Source: a virus (taxonomy: Duplodnaviria; Caudoviricetes). From it: a stretch of 48,137 nt of DNA. The stretch lies in IMG/VR virus record IMGVR_UViG_3300020366_000010, positions 1 to 48,137 of that record; one strand, written 5' to 3'. The position numbers and the translations under genes were made by a program. The notes under the pieces are model-generated. The model did no database searches, was not told where the DNA came from, and saw only the letters and a program-made list of their open reading frames with translations. The first letter of the stretch is position 1. Every line of letters begins with the position of its first letter. This document shows positions 20,701-31,150 of this stretch, piece after piece.

Positions 20701-23700
20701 TCCTAATATCTGATGCATAACCATAATCTGGGAAGATAGTTGTTGTTCCATATCCAGTACTATCACAACTAAATTCAAGATCAGTTAGTTTTACTCTTTC
20801 ATTTGAAATGAGATTATGTGGATCAGAAGTTTCTAATGTGAGAACACCAGTTACATTATTGTAACTTGCAGTGCTAATAGAAACTGGTCTTCTATAGGTA
20901 TTGATTCCAGTAATATTATTAATTGTACCATTAGAATCTTTATCCACCAGAAGAGATGCGCCATAGAGAGGAGCATATCCAAGACCTGGTGTAGAACCTA
21001 AGGAAACAATCAAACCACCTCTTGGAATTTGGTTTTGGTTAATGTCAAATTCGGATTGAATCTTACTACCATCAACGGATGTAATACCAGTATAAACAAC
21101 ACTAGAAACACCTGCTTGGACATTTCTAATCAAGTCATAGTTGTTACCAGTGTTATTTTCTGTAGATGGTGTTTGGAATACACCATTAATGAATAGAATT
21201 CCATTTCCTGGCGAAACACCTGTAGTATCAATACCATTAACCTTCAATGTATAAGTTCTACCAATTCCAGTAAATTGGTCAGAATTATCATCAAAAATCA
21301 TATTTTCATCATAATTTTGTCTCAAGAATGTTCTTCCAGAGAATTGTGATCTTACATAAGGAAGATTCTGCTCATTTCTTCTTGCGCGAGTGTTTCCTTT
21401 TGGAGGATCTGTAAAGAAGATTTCATTTTCAACAATATTAAATGAACCTCTATAAAGTTGGACTGTAGTTCCATCAATATGAGATGTTGCCGCAGAACCA
21501 ACGGAACCTCTAACAACAGAAACTGTTGCATGAGTTTCTCCTGCACCTGCTTGAATAACACCACTGATGGGACCAAGAATTTCACCATTAAAATTGCTAG
21601 TGAATCCTACAGTTTCAACCTTCATGTATTCATCATCAATTCTAAGCAGATCGCTTGGTTGAATTGAAGAAATACCACTAACATTGAATGTATTAATTCC
21701 AGCAGGAATACCACCACTGTAGTAATGACCATTGAATCTTAGTTCATGACTGATTGGTGTAAAGGTGATTGGTTGTTGAACAATACCATCAATACCAATA
21801 ACTGTTTTAGAAAGTTTCTTAGTAAATTCAAGTTCATGCTTGTTACCCAAACCAGCATCAGTGAATGTAATTGCAACACCAGATCTGGCATCAAGTTCTG
21901 TTGCTGCCAACTTAAATGTATCTGGTGTAATTGCAATTGCAAATACTGTAGATGGCATCTTATCTGTAAGAATACCTGCATAGTTTGTTGTTTGACCAAT
22001 ACCCATTGATGTTTGACCAACACCAGCGAAGGTAGAAGTTGGAATATATCTCAGTTCTTCTCCAGTATTGAAGAAGTGGTCGGTCATTGTAAACTCACCA
22101 GTTCCATAATCAAGTTTTGTGGTATCAGTAGGATCAAAAGACTTGTTATAAATTGGTTTTCCTTCGTATGTCAGTGGGAAGTTGACTCTATTTGCTCTTA
22201 ATCCATTTAATCCATCAAAGGCAGAAAGATATAATAATTGATTTGTTGGACCATACTGTAATGGTAATGCCTGATTATCAAAGTCCATCTCCTGATAGAA
22301 GACTTCATTAAAGGACTGTAAGGTCACATCATACCCAGAATCGGGATAGAAATTGAGATGATATCTATCACCAAATATTTCTGCACCAAATGTACCAAGT
22401 CCAGTAATATTATTGACTGGAGCAAATGGACCAGGAACAACAGTTACCTGACCCTTCTTCTTGTTTGCCAGTGTGTAAACTTGATGTGTGGCAGAAGTAG
22501 ATCCTGCAGAGACTTTAACAATAGAACTTGCCGAAGAATTGAGTTCAAAAGAGAAAGTTCCTGCATGAACAACATCTGTTCCATATCCAACAGTACTTTC
22601 AAGTAAACCACTTCTTTCAGTTCCTGCTGGTTGATTATTGAGAAGGAATCTATAAGTTCCAATTCCTGCGGAAGTTGCAGCAAATCCAACAACATCTGCA
22701 CGTATAGTCAGTGCATTGATTGAAGATATTCCAAGATTTTGTGCTTGGAATGTGACAATACCGACACTAGAATCGTAAACAGCAGTTATAATACCAGTTT
22801 GAGTTGCACTATAAGAAATAGATTGTGCATCAAAATAATATTCTTGAATAAAAGTATCTGTACCATCAAATGACAGAACTGCTTCTATATTATTGATTTC
22901 ACCGTTTTGATTGGAAACTTCAATATTTGCAAATGCACCATTGAAATTATTTGTATCAAATTCTTTGATTGTTTTAATACTAGATGCTGTTCCAACACTA
23001 GTAATTCCAGAGACAAGTACACTAGTTAAATCAACAGAACCGAAAGATTGTGTTCCAATTCCTGTCTGACCTAATGGCAAATCACGATAGAGATAAGTTT
23101 TCTTGAGAATCTTGATATCATGATCTCTATCAAACGGATCTGTTGGTGTGAAGATTAAGGTTCTTCTTCCACTATCATCAATATTTGCAGTAAAATCGCC
23201 TAGTTTAGTACCCGTAAATGAAGTTTGCTTTTCAAAGAGGAATGAATCAAGTGTAGTTGTTTGAAGAACAAGATCAGTAAGTTGTAAGTGTCCAGTATCT
23301 GGATCTTGAATTTGAATCAGGTATCTTACATTATTATCAATAAAGTTAACTACGTCAACTTCAACAAATCCATCTTTGAATCCTCTACTTGAGAATAGGT
23401 TGCTAATATCATCATGAATTAGAACGCGATTAGTTCTACATTCAACATAATCATTGAGTTTTCTATTCTGAATTCTGAGTGCATTAGATTGTTGCAAATT
23501 AGCATTCAGAGGACTTACTCTTGGATTATCATCCAAAGCATTATCAAAATAGTTGATAATATCAACTCTTCTTTCGCCTACAACATCAAGTATAACAATT
23601 GATGTTGTAGAACCACCTAAACCAACACCACTGTTACCAGTCGATGTAACACCAACATCTACAAAGTTCTTGAGACCTGCAGGGTGAATAATGCTGTTTA

Positions 23701-26700
23701 CTGGATTTGAAGATTCCTCCCAAGTGATTGGACTCTTAATTGAATATGAAAGATTCTGATAATAATCATTGTTGGGAACAACTTGATAATCTTCACTGAG
23801 TTTACCAATATCATTCTTCCATCCAATATTAACCTTTGAAGAATATTCAATCTTAAATCTTGCTTTTTTCTTATCAATTGAGATTACATCTGCAATGGAT
23901 CCACTGATGATTCCCTTAATTTTTTCACCTACTTTAAGATCGTATCTACCTTTAATTTTTATGTAATCATCTCTAACAACAGAGACAAACAAATCTTGTT
24001 CTTCCCAGGTAGGTGTACCGCCAAAAGGAACCGCAGGACTTACATAAAGTCTTTCATTTTTAGCAAATTCTGCTCTTTCTTGAATAACATCAATTATTGG
24101 ATAGTTGCTCTTATTAATAATAGTTGCAAAACCGTCTTGATATGTTTTTGCAAATCCAGCATTTGTAGATAATCCAACACCATTTTCATCAACTATTGCA
24201 AAAGTTAATTTTGCTGGGCTAGTATTTTGGTAATCAGTAACTTTGAAGAATTTGTAGTTATAATTTCTAGAGTTAAATCCAGTACCAACACCAACAACTG
24301 CTTGTTCAACACCTTCAACAAAAACTTCATCACCAACAGCGAAGAGTGGAGTAGTAAATCCAAGAACTGGAGTTTCGAGAACACAAGTTGCAATACCTGT
24401 TGGTCCCGAAAGCATGGATACAATACCAACACCATTTGAGTTGTCTACACAAATAATCTTGTGTGGTTCAGACTCCAAACCATAGATAGGTGCTAATTGT
24501 TTAATTTCAGCAATAGCTCCATGTGGTGCTTCTGCAATAAGAGAAGTCTTATCGACAATTTCTTGTCTGGTTTCATTCCAGAGGAAAACATTTGGACTAT
24601 TCAGATATCTTGCACCAGCAAACTTAATATCTGCTTCTTTGAATACATCAAGATTATCAATTCCAATAATTGGTGGAACAAATGCTTCTGGTCTTAAAGT
24701 ATTGTCTGAAGGATAGTCATATCCAACATCTTTGAATCTTATATTATTGATTCTACCAATACTTGTCGAAATACCTTGAATGTTTGCATTGACACCTTCT
24801 TTACTGGTAACATCAGTAAATTTGGGAAGTTTAGTGAAGTTAAATCCTTCAGAAATTACTTTTACCTTTGCAATACTACCATTCAGTGCATTTGAGGACT
24901 TTGTATTGTATGATAATAGATCACATTCAGATGAATTGTAATTTAATACTGATGGATATCTGTATGGAGAAATTTTAAACGAAGTTGGAGTTGCAGTAGT
25001 AATTCCAAACGTAGCATAAGTTCCATTATACTCACTTTCAACAAAATTAATTTCGGAATAATATGGAACTGATGTATCTGCCGTGCTAATGTATCCACCT
25101 TTTTCTAAGGTATAATACAATTTGCTTGGAACATTTTTAGAATGATTTAAAGTAAGTGATGCAGTTCCAAAACTTCCAATACCAATACTACCACCAGCAC
25201 CAACAACATTAAAATCTCTACTATCACCAGAACTTACATATTCATTGACAAATTCCTTTTCTTTGTAGAACTTCAGTTCATATCCATTCAGAGAAGCATC
25301 ATTTAAGAGGAATTTTAAGTCTCCATTTGATACGACATTGATTTGTGGGTTAATTAGACCAATCGTATGATTAACACCGCCAGCATCACTAATATCTACT
25401 GTGGATTCAGTTTCTGGTAAAGAATCATAAAGGGTTTCTGCTAACTTAAAAGTATCACTCGATGTTTTTACGACAAAGTATGATCCAGTAGAAAGACCAG
25501 AAGCAACTTGTTCACTATTATAATAAACTTTGTCACCAGTCTTAAACCCGTGATTAGTATACGTGAAAGTATTTGTTGCAAAGTTAATTCCTGTTGAATT
25601 GATTCCGATTGGATTTACAAGAATTTTATTCTCAAAGTAATCTAGTTTAATATTAAGTGCTGCAGTGGTTCCAAAACCTACAACAGTATTTGGTACAACA
25701 CTCAACTTAATAGTATCATTATTCTTTAATCCATGTGTTGCAGATGTACTTACCAATGTTGTAATTCTAGAGACATCACCAGTAACTTGAGTTTTTTGAG
25801 TCTCAAGTAAAAATTCATCACTATCACTACCGGCAATTCTAAAGAAGACACCCTCAGTTTGTGAAGTATTGCTTAGAAGAGTTGCAATACCAATATGGTT
25901 TGGTCCTCTATTGATAATATAAACTTCAGATTCTCTAGTAGATTGATTGGGAAGGAAGAAAGTTGTTGAAGTTGCTTCCTGAGACGCAGAAATGGGTGTT
26001 TCACCTGGTGGCAAAGTCAGTTTAACCTTCTGTCCAGTTTTAAATGGATGATTTGGAAGATAAATCTGACGTGTTGGAACAGATACTTGTTTGTATGATC
26101 CGTCTGGAAGTTCGATTGCATCAATGTTTACAGAACCACCAATAGTCACACCAATAGCAACTTGTCTTCTAGCATTAAAGTATACTAAGTCATTACGATA
26201 AGACTTGAAATTATCAGTCTTGACTGGCAATAAAATTTCATCACTAATTGGATTTAAATTACTTCCAAGAGAGTGTGCAACTCCAGGACCTACACCAAAC
26301 CTCTTGACTTTAAAAGTTCCATCTCCATAATTATTCAGAAGTCTTACAATTTCTTCACCATCTGAAGAAACAATTCTAATAGAGTTACCTATTGATACAT
26401 TAGATAAAGACCCAGATACGTAAATTGACTCTGTGAGAGGTCCTTGACCACCACCATATGCACTCATTGTAGAGGCAAGACCAATAGTTTCTGTGGATAT
26501 TCCAATGGTCTTAGAACCCTCTAACCTAGCAATAGAAGTAGACAATCCAGAAACCAATACAACATTATTATCAACTAAATCATATCCACCAAATCGATTG
26601 TAAGCAGCGACTTGACTGTCGTTCTTCCAAACAAAAACAGAATCTGGATATGATTCCAAAGTCGTTGTGATAGAAGAAATACCAGCACCAGACAGTTCAG

Positions 26701-29700
26701 TTACTTCACCTCTTAAACCAGATCCACCAGTTCCCGCAAAACTAAAGTTTACGCCATCACCAATACGATATCCTTGTCCACCATCAATGACTTTAATTTC
26801 TGGAACAGATCCTTTAGTTACTGATTCAATAACAGATGCCTGTTCAAATGTTTCATATGATTCGTTGAAGAAATCATATTCTGCACCAGATTGATCTACA
26901 TTGTATGGGAATGTATTTCTAACAAGATTAGTTCCATTGAAATCATAAGTTTGATCAAGGACATTATTGTCTATAATAAAGTTGGACTTAAAAGTGTTTC
27001 CAACAAAGTATGGATATTGTGGAATGAAATTTGTTGTTGCACTGCTTGTAGTGACACCAACAAAATATGCATATACACCATTTGGAAATTCTGGAGTCTT
27101 GCAATATCTTCCATTATGAACATCCAAATCACCATTATCTCTATAGACGTAATCTTCAATAAAGAAACCTGGATCAAATGCAGGTCTGTTAGGAACAGAT
27201 GAAGAATCTAATTTATATCCACTCTCAACTCTTTTGATGCCAGATTGAACAACATCTGCATCTTGATATGCGAAGGGTCCATAGATTGGATTTCCATCAT
27301 ATGCCCAACCAATAATTGGTGAATGAAGACCATCTAGTGGTTCAAGATTCTTTGCAAGATCTTGAGAATATCCATATACTCCATAGTTGAGATAATCTTC
27401 TTTATTACTATCAAGAAGACTTGCAAAAATTTCTTCAGTGTTGTTTATAGAAATTTTACCAAATCTAAACGCATCATTTACAGTGAGATCTCTAACTCTA
27501 GTATCAAAAATCGCACCTTGCCCTCTTGGATCAATATAAATTGATGTTGCAGATGTACTATATCCAATACCAGTATTGATAACAATAACGTCATCAATTT
27601 TTCCATCCTTAACAACAGGTCTCAATACGGCACCATTTCCAGTGCCAGAAGTATCTTCAATTGTAATATCCGGAACAGATGCATACTCTGTACCTTTGTT
27701 TAATATCTGAACTTCTTCAATTCTACCGTTAACAATAATAGGATTTAACTGTGCATTCTTTCCTTTAGTGATTGAAACTAAAGGTTTCTTATGAATATTA
27801 AAAGTAGTTGAACCATATCCACTTCCAGATTCATAAAGATATGCATCTGTTATTGGTCCAGTAATAATTGGTGTGAATACAAAAGTTCCTACACCAACAT
27901 AGTTTGCCTCAACTTTAATTGGAGGATATTCAAATATTTGATATCCAGAACCTAAAGATTCAATCTTGGCAGTTTTATTTTTTAATAGATCGTTAGTAAA
28001 AGTTCCTGCAACACCAACATTAATAACTCTAAATCTATCATTATCTACTTTTTTGATAGAGTATTGATTTGTAGTAGAAAGACCAACAACCTCTGTACCA
28101 GTGGTTGAGTAATTTACAATCTCACCTGTCTCAAAACCATGATTTTCAAAATAGAATGTATTGTATTGAGTTGAAATTCCTGAGGACTTCACTCTTAACT
28201 TTCTATAAGAATAACCAGAACCAGGATTTAGAACTTTAATACCTCTCAGATTTGTTTGAGATTCTGTTCTAAATTTATGAATACCAGATGCAGTAGTTGC
28301 TTCAGACAGACCAATTGTGTTAATACCTGCTGGGAAGTGGAGAGCATCCTCCTCTTTTGTAAATAATCTAACTGTAGATGTATTAACAACTCTGATATAA
28401 TATTCATCCCCACTTTGAAGATTATTATCTTCTGGGTTATTTGGATCATATGCATCACCAATACCAAGAGGATCGTTACCGTTTTGGTTGTAAATGAGTA
28501 TTTGACCGTTTACAAGATTGTGTGGTCTATCAAAAGTAATTGTCTCATTATCAATATCAACACCACCACCAAGACTAAGTTTTCTACTATCAAACTTTAG
28601 TTCACGGAATCTACTACCAATGACTGGCTCTAATTCACATCCAGAACCATTACCACCCGTTAAGGATATAGAAGTCAATCTTTGTACATCGAAATCTTGT
28701 GGATCAACCAATACATCTTTTACATCACCAATAATAACTGGTTCAACTTTTGCTTGTGTTGTTCCAGTTTTGATAGTAATCTCTGGTGGAGTAACAACAT
28801 CAAAACCTTTGCCACCATTCAGAACCTCAAATTTTTTCAGAGGTCCATAATAAACTTTGTCTTGAGAATCTGGCGCAGAGATTTCTACACCGTCAATTAA
28901 CATACCAACAGAACCTTCAGTTCTAGGATCTGGGTTTACATCATTTGCACTTTGTGATAATGGGAATTTTCTTAAAATCCTATTATCAGTAATTTTTCTA
29001 TTTCTATGTCTCTTAAGAGTAAATCTATGAATACCTGTGGATGGTAATGGTGCTGGTCCTACTCTCCTATGCTCACCACTTGTGAGAAGTTCCTTAGAGA
29101 TGTAAATTTTAATATCTCTAGAAGATACCAACTTAACATAGTAAGTCTCACCAGATTCTAATCCTGAGAATGGATTGTCTGCGGTATAGACAATTTCATC
29201 ACCATCTCTAAAATCTACAGGACTTGCAAATCTGACTGTATTATATGCTTTATAGAAATTATCAAAGTTTCCAAGACTACTTACTGTTCCGTCTGGAGTT
29301 GATGCTTCTACAATATCTTCTACAACTTCATATGATGGTAAAGAGTTGGATGCAACATATGCTTCAGTCAACTCATTATCAACATATAAGTTCAATATGT
29401 CAGTATTATGAACATCATTTCCTAATTCAATTTCTGCACCAGAACTTGTAGCCTTACTGAGTTTTCTTCTAAGACTATATGACGTTAATGGATTTGCAAC
29501 AAAACCACCAGTATTAGATAACGTAACAGTTCTTGTTGCGAAATTGATACTTGATACTTCCGCAAAAGCACCACCTTGAGGGGGAGGTACAACAACAGTG
29601 CCAACACCTACAGTCCCAGATACAATCTCTACAAGGTCACCAACCTTAAGACTTGATTTATCAATATCTGTAGTCAGTACAAAAGTAGAACCACTTGCAC

Positions 29701-31147
29701 TTTCGGCAATAAATCGTGTGCTGGTATTATAAATCCAAGAATTTGCAAAAACTTCAGCATATGTCTTATCTCCAGGTGGGTTTTTAATAACCTCACCCAA
29801 ATTCTGTACAACAATTTCTTCATCCTCTTCCATAAGAGGAATATCCTCAACTGGATCAAATTCTGAAAGAACTCCAGTTATGCGTAAGTCAACTCTTTTT
29901 GAAGTATCTCCGTTTTCATATCCATAAACACAATCATCAAAACGAACCATTTTCCCAAGAGGAATGGGAACACCCATACCAACTGAGTAATTCTCTTGAG
30001 TACAACCATAAAACTGGTTGACACTCTTAGATGTGTATCTGATTAATATTGGACCACTAGTAAACTCACTTCTTTCACAAATAATCGCACCAGTTTGACC
30101 AAAACCAATAGTAGAGTCTACAGAAATGGTTGAGTCACCTGGTTCAATCTTTTCGACTACTCTTGATGCACCTGGAATAGTAAAAGTTCCTTCAATAAAA
30201 TCTTTATCATTATATCCAACAAATACACCAAGTCTATAAAATGTTTTGTTGTTACGAGTAAAAATTTCTACATCAGATACAGATGCTCTGGTATTTGGAT
30301 CTAAAGTTCTTGTGATTGTTTGACCTTCAAGTGCAAATGGATCGCCAGAGACAAAAAGTCCACTTTCTTCATCAAGATATTCTAAATTTTCAACAACAAA
30401 TACTTCTCTTCTAACGTACTCAGCAGAGGATGGTTTGACCAATCTGGTCTCTAGGTCTATAACCTTTGCTTCAACGCCGTACAGGACCCGGAAGAGTATT
30501 CTGACAGACTCTTCAATACCTTTTGATTGGTAAAAGTTTCTAGCGTGCTTAATAAAGTTTCCAACATCCAAGTCAGAAACAAAATCAAGATCTTCAAATC
30601 CTGGAGTAAAAGTTCTCTTTAACTTTTTATAGAACTCTTGTAAGAAAATTGCACTTAAGTTTGTTACAGATACATCTGCAATGTGTTCTGCTGCTGTTGT
30701 TTGTGCAAACTTAAGAGATTGTCTGTTGGTATGATCAATGATATTTGAAATATCACTAGAATATCCAGTAATACCACTAAATCCACGAATACATCCAGTA
30801 AACGTGGTTGCAGTTTTACCAGTGTAAGTAATAATTTCATCACCAATTTTCAGAAGACCATAATCATCTGGAAATCCTTTAGTTGATGCAACAGTAATAG
30901 TAGTTGCAGTCTTATCAATACCTGAGGAGAGAGTTGTTGAACCAACAATAACTTCTGGAACGAGATTATCAACCCTGATGTAACGATCAAGGTTATCAAC
31001 CAAATCAACATTACCTCCTTGATGTTCCAAAGAGACGTAATATTGCTTAAAAAGTTCTACCGCTTTTGGAAAATCGGCAACTAAGAATTCTGGAAGTTGG
31101 CCCTCAATAATCTTATTGAGTTGCACTCTCTTCTCAAATTGCGACAT
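17714..31147 (-). CDS. gp7: Baseplate wedge initiator, giant cyanophage form (4477 aa)
   Basis: Lies between gp6 and gp8; QLPEFL...F.KQYY, FYQSKG.EES..ILFR.LYG, YYQNLSYSIKS...HPAGLKNF motifs; many GSGY beta repeats. Confidence 0.85.
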   Translation of the reverse strand: MSQFEKRVQLNKIIEGQLPEFLVADFPKAVELFKQYYVSLEHQGGNVDLVDNLDRYIRVDNLVPEVIVGSTTLSSGIDKTATTITVASTKGFPDDYGLLKIGDEIITYTGKTATTFTGCIRGFSGITGYSSDISNIIDHTNRQSLKFAQTTAAEHIADVSVTNLSAIFLQEFYKKLKRTFTPGFEDLDFVSDLDVGNFIKHARNFYQSKGIEESVRILFRVLYGVEAKVIDLETRLVKPSSAEYVRREVFVVENLEYLDEESGLFVSGDPFALEGQTITRTLDPNTRASVSDVEIFTRNNKTFYRLGVFVGYNDKDFIEGTFTIPGASRVVEKIEPGDSTISVDSTIGFGQTGAIICERSEFTSGPILIRYTSKSVNQFYGCTQENYSVGMGVPIPLGKMVRFDDCVYGYENGDTSKRVDLRITGVLSEFDPVEDIPLMEEDEEIVVQNLGEVIKNPPGDKTYAEVFANSWIYNTSTRFIAESASGSTFVLTTDIDKSSLKVGDLVEIVSGTVGVGTVVVPPPQGGAFAEVSSINFATRTVTLSNTGGFVANPLTSYSLRRKLSKATSSGAEIELGNDVHNTDILNLYVDNELTEAYVASNSLPSYEVVEDIVEASTPDGTVSSLGNFDNFYKAYNTVRFASPVDFRDGDEIVYTADNPFSGLESGETYYVKLVSSRDIKIYISKELLTSGEHRRVGPAPLPSTGIHRFTLKRHRNRKITDNRILRKFPLSQSANDVNPDPRTEGSVGMLIDGVEISAPDSQDKVYYGPLKKFEVLNGGKGFDVVTPPEITIKTGTTQAKVEPVIIGDVKDVLVDPQDFDVQRLTSISLTGGNGSGCELEPVIGSRFRELKFDSRKLSLGGGVDIDNETITFDRPHNLVNGQILIYNQNGNDPLGIGDAYDPNNPEDNNLQSGDEYYIRVVNTSTVRLFTKEEDALHFPAGINTIGLSEATTASGIHKFRTESQTNLRGIKVLNPGSGYSYRKLRVKSSGISTQYNTFYFENHGFETGEIVNYSTTGTEVVGLSTTNQYSIKKVDNDRFRVINVGVAGTFTNDLLKNKTAKIESLGSGYQIFEYPPIKVEANYVGVGTFVFTPIITGPITDAYLYESGSGYGSTTFNIHKKPLVSITKGKNAQLNPIIVNGRIEEVQILNKGTEYASVPDITIEDTSGTGNGAVLRPVVKDGKIDDVIVINTGIGYSTSATSIYIDPRGQGAIFDTRVRDLTVNDAFRFGKISINNTEEIFASLLDSNKEDYLNYGVYGYSQDLAKNLEPLDGLHSPIIGWAYDGNPIYGPFAYQDADVVQSGIKRVESGYKLDSSSVPNRPAFDPGFFIEDYVYRDNGDLDVHNGRYCKTPEFPNGVYAYFVGVTTSSATTNFIPQYPYFVGNTFKSNFIIDNNVLDQTYDFNGTNLVRNTFPYNVDQSGAEYDFFNESYETFEQASVIESVTKGSVPEIKVIDGGQGYRIGDGVNFSFAGTGGSGLRGEVTELSGAGISSITTTLESYPDSVFVWKNDSQVAAYNRFGGYDLVDNNVVLVSGLSTSIARLEGSKTIGISTETIGLASTMSAYGGGQGPLTESIYVSGSLSNVSIGNSIRIVSSDGEEIVRLLNNYGDGTFKVKRFGVGPGVAHSLGSNLNPISDEILLPVKTDNFKSYRNDLVYFNARRQVAIGVTIGGSVNIDAIELPDGSYKQVSVPTRQIYLPNHPFKTGQKVKLTLPPGETPISASQEATSTTFFLPNQSTRESEVYIINRGPNHIGIATLLSNTSQTEGVFFRIAGSDSDEFLLETQKTQVTGDVSRITTLVSTSATHGLKNNDTIKLSVVPNTVVGFGTTAALNIKLDYFENKILVNPIGINSTGINFATNTFTYTNHGFKTGDKVYYNSEQVASGLSTGSYFVVKTSSDTFKLAETLYDSLPETESTVDISDAGGVNHTIGLINPQINVVSNGDLKFLLNDASLNGYELKFYKEKEFVNEYVSSGDSRDFNVVGAGGSIGIGSFGTASLTLNHSKNVPSKLYYTLEKGGYISTADTSVPYYSEINFVESEYNGTYATFGITTATPTSFKISPYRYPSVLNYNSSECDLLSYNTKSSNALNGSIAKVKVISEGFNFTKLPKFTDVTSKEGVNANIQGISTSIGRINNIRFKDVGYDYPSDNTLRPEAFVPPIIGIDNLDVFKEADIKFAGARYLNSPNVFLWNETRQEIVDKTSLIAEAPHGAIAEIKQLAPIYGLESEPHKIICVDNSNGVGIVSMLSGPTGIATCVLETPVLGFTTPLFAVGDEVFVEGVEQAVVGVGTGFNSRNYNYKFFKVTDYQNTSPAKLTFAIVDENGVGLSTNAGFAKTYQDGFATIINKSNYPIIDVIQERAEFAKNERLYVSPAVPFGGTPTWEEQDLFVSVVRDDYIKIKGRYDLKVGEKIKGIISGSIADVISIDKKKARFKIEYSSKVNIGWKNDIGKLSEDYQVVPNNDYYQNLSYSIKSPITWEESSNPVNSIIHPAGLKNFVDVGVTSTGNSGVGLGGSTTSIVILDVVGERRVDIINYFDNALDDNPRVSPLNANLQQSNALRIQNRKLNDYVECRTNRVLIHDDISNLFSSRGFKDGFVEVDVVNFIDNNVRYLIQIQDPDTGHLQLTDLVLQTTTLDSFLFEKQTSFTGTKLGDFTANIDDSGRRTLIFTPTDPFDRDHDIKILKKTYLYRDLPLGQTGIGTQSFGSVDLTSVLVSGITSVGTASSIKTIKEFDTNNFNGAFANIEVSNQNGEINNIEAVLSFDGTDTFIQEYYFDAQSISYSATQTGIITAVYDSSVGIVTFQAQNLGISSINALTIRADVVGFAATSAGIGTYRFLLNNQPAGTERSGLLESTVGYGTDVVHAGTFSFELNSSASSIVKVSAGSTSATHQVYTLANKKKGQVTVVPGPFAPVNNITGLGTFGAEIFGDRYHLNFYPDSGYDVTLQSFNEVFYQEMDFDNQALPLQYGPTNQLLYLSAFDGLNGLRANRVNFPLTYEGKPIYNKSFDPTDTTKLDYGTGEFTMTDHFFNTGEELRYIPTSTFAGVGQTSMGIGQTTNYAGILTDKMPSTVFAIAITPDTFKLAATELDARSGVAITFTDAGLGNKHELEFTKKLSKTVIGIDGIVQQPITFTPISHELRFNGHYYSGGIPAGINTFNVSGISSIQPSDLLRIDDEYMKVETVGFTSNFNGEILGPISGVIQAGAGETHATVSVVRGSVGSAATSHIDGTTVQLYRGSFNIVENEIFFTDPPKGNTRARRNEQNLPYVRSQFSGRTFLRQNYDENMIFDDNSDQFTGIGRTYTLKVNGIDTTGVSPGNGILFINGVFQTPSTENNTGNNYDLIRNVQAGVSSVVYTGITSVDGSKIQSEFDINQNQIPRGGLIVSLGSTPGLGYAPLYGASLLVDKDSNGTINNITGINTYRRPVSISTASYNNVTGVLTLETSDPHNLISNERVKLTDLEFSCDSTGYGTTTIFPDYGYASDIRNVISSSKLTVLVGTSTIPHTYEGGGTISKYYDLSYGSGYRYPVSIGVTDLAYDHRFVSSSSNSLTDNNGVNYTPTAATYISHTGLLVLEIGSHSLTTSNTIAIGTDSLVFTCSQDNFFGEHPYPRSTDPVAGIQTAITATTPTSITVNVGKGGGGGTGASVEAIVGVGGTLAFNITSGGTDYVNPRLIIPEPIYENIPIEGVSRLGVGATTEVGKNLLLNLEIGQSAENSNPDRFFDASNLIVANTAFIADVAYGRMRDAYPSYNPPAGTNGQDCKDDIVDVLESVAYNLRYGGNDLTVDAADLYITGAHVAGEEQETINAFMEARDIAVKVMRNESVAIGTHTNKLQIKDTTITVDSNNPTCANVQSAIHTLVGIVTNAVDPTIATTPTRTPAPGAGFVVSNFKVARDGYQFKPGDVMKAVGLVTAKDYTQPASDFQLEVVSTFTDRFSSWSFGEMDFIDSVAGFQNGTRKRFPLFYRGELLSFELDPASPLSANIDLNSVLLIFVNGVLQTPGYSYEFTGGTSFIFTEAPQPQDKVDIFFYVGQNNLDSLLIDVTSTIKIGDDLFVRKHPLYTTPNQENSRTITDIPGSDVVETEIYTGLGVDENNFRPIDWIKQKNDLYVRGNLVSKARPVLEPKIFPTARVIGDITPSSNEIFVDNAQFFVYDNEILDVQKGSNFEFDAFLSNHIAPVGAEFTATVSAAGTISAITTNNVGAGYTVSSLDVRFSAPKSIGVGVGTTATATATITNGQVSAVTITNPGFGYTTTNPPQTIIEIPKASVETINNVSNVQGFSGIITGISTCPGVGGHPLALKFNFTAISNYTSLNGKFGVLSDTNDLAVGYPVLIYDTTIGTGVTSVDSNNNSVVGIGTTFLDNVYKVHAKSGLLEDGEIICNIHSDSPVLGILATGDWNITESGICTSHGRISFGRIYNYDNRDGIAIGVTGLTVDAGLSTFPTIQRRGNFGEQKSGAIRSVKPPEDGVSPEADNYFPFYVQ

Positions 31148-31150
31148 ATT

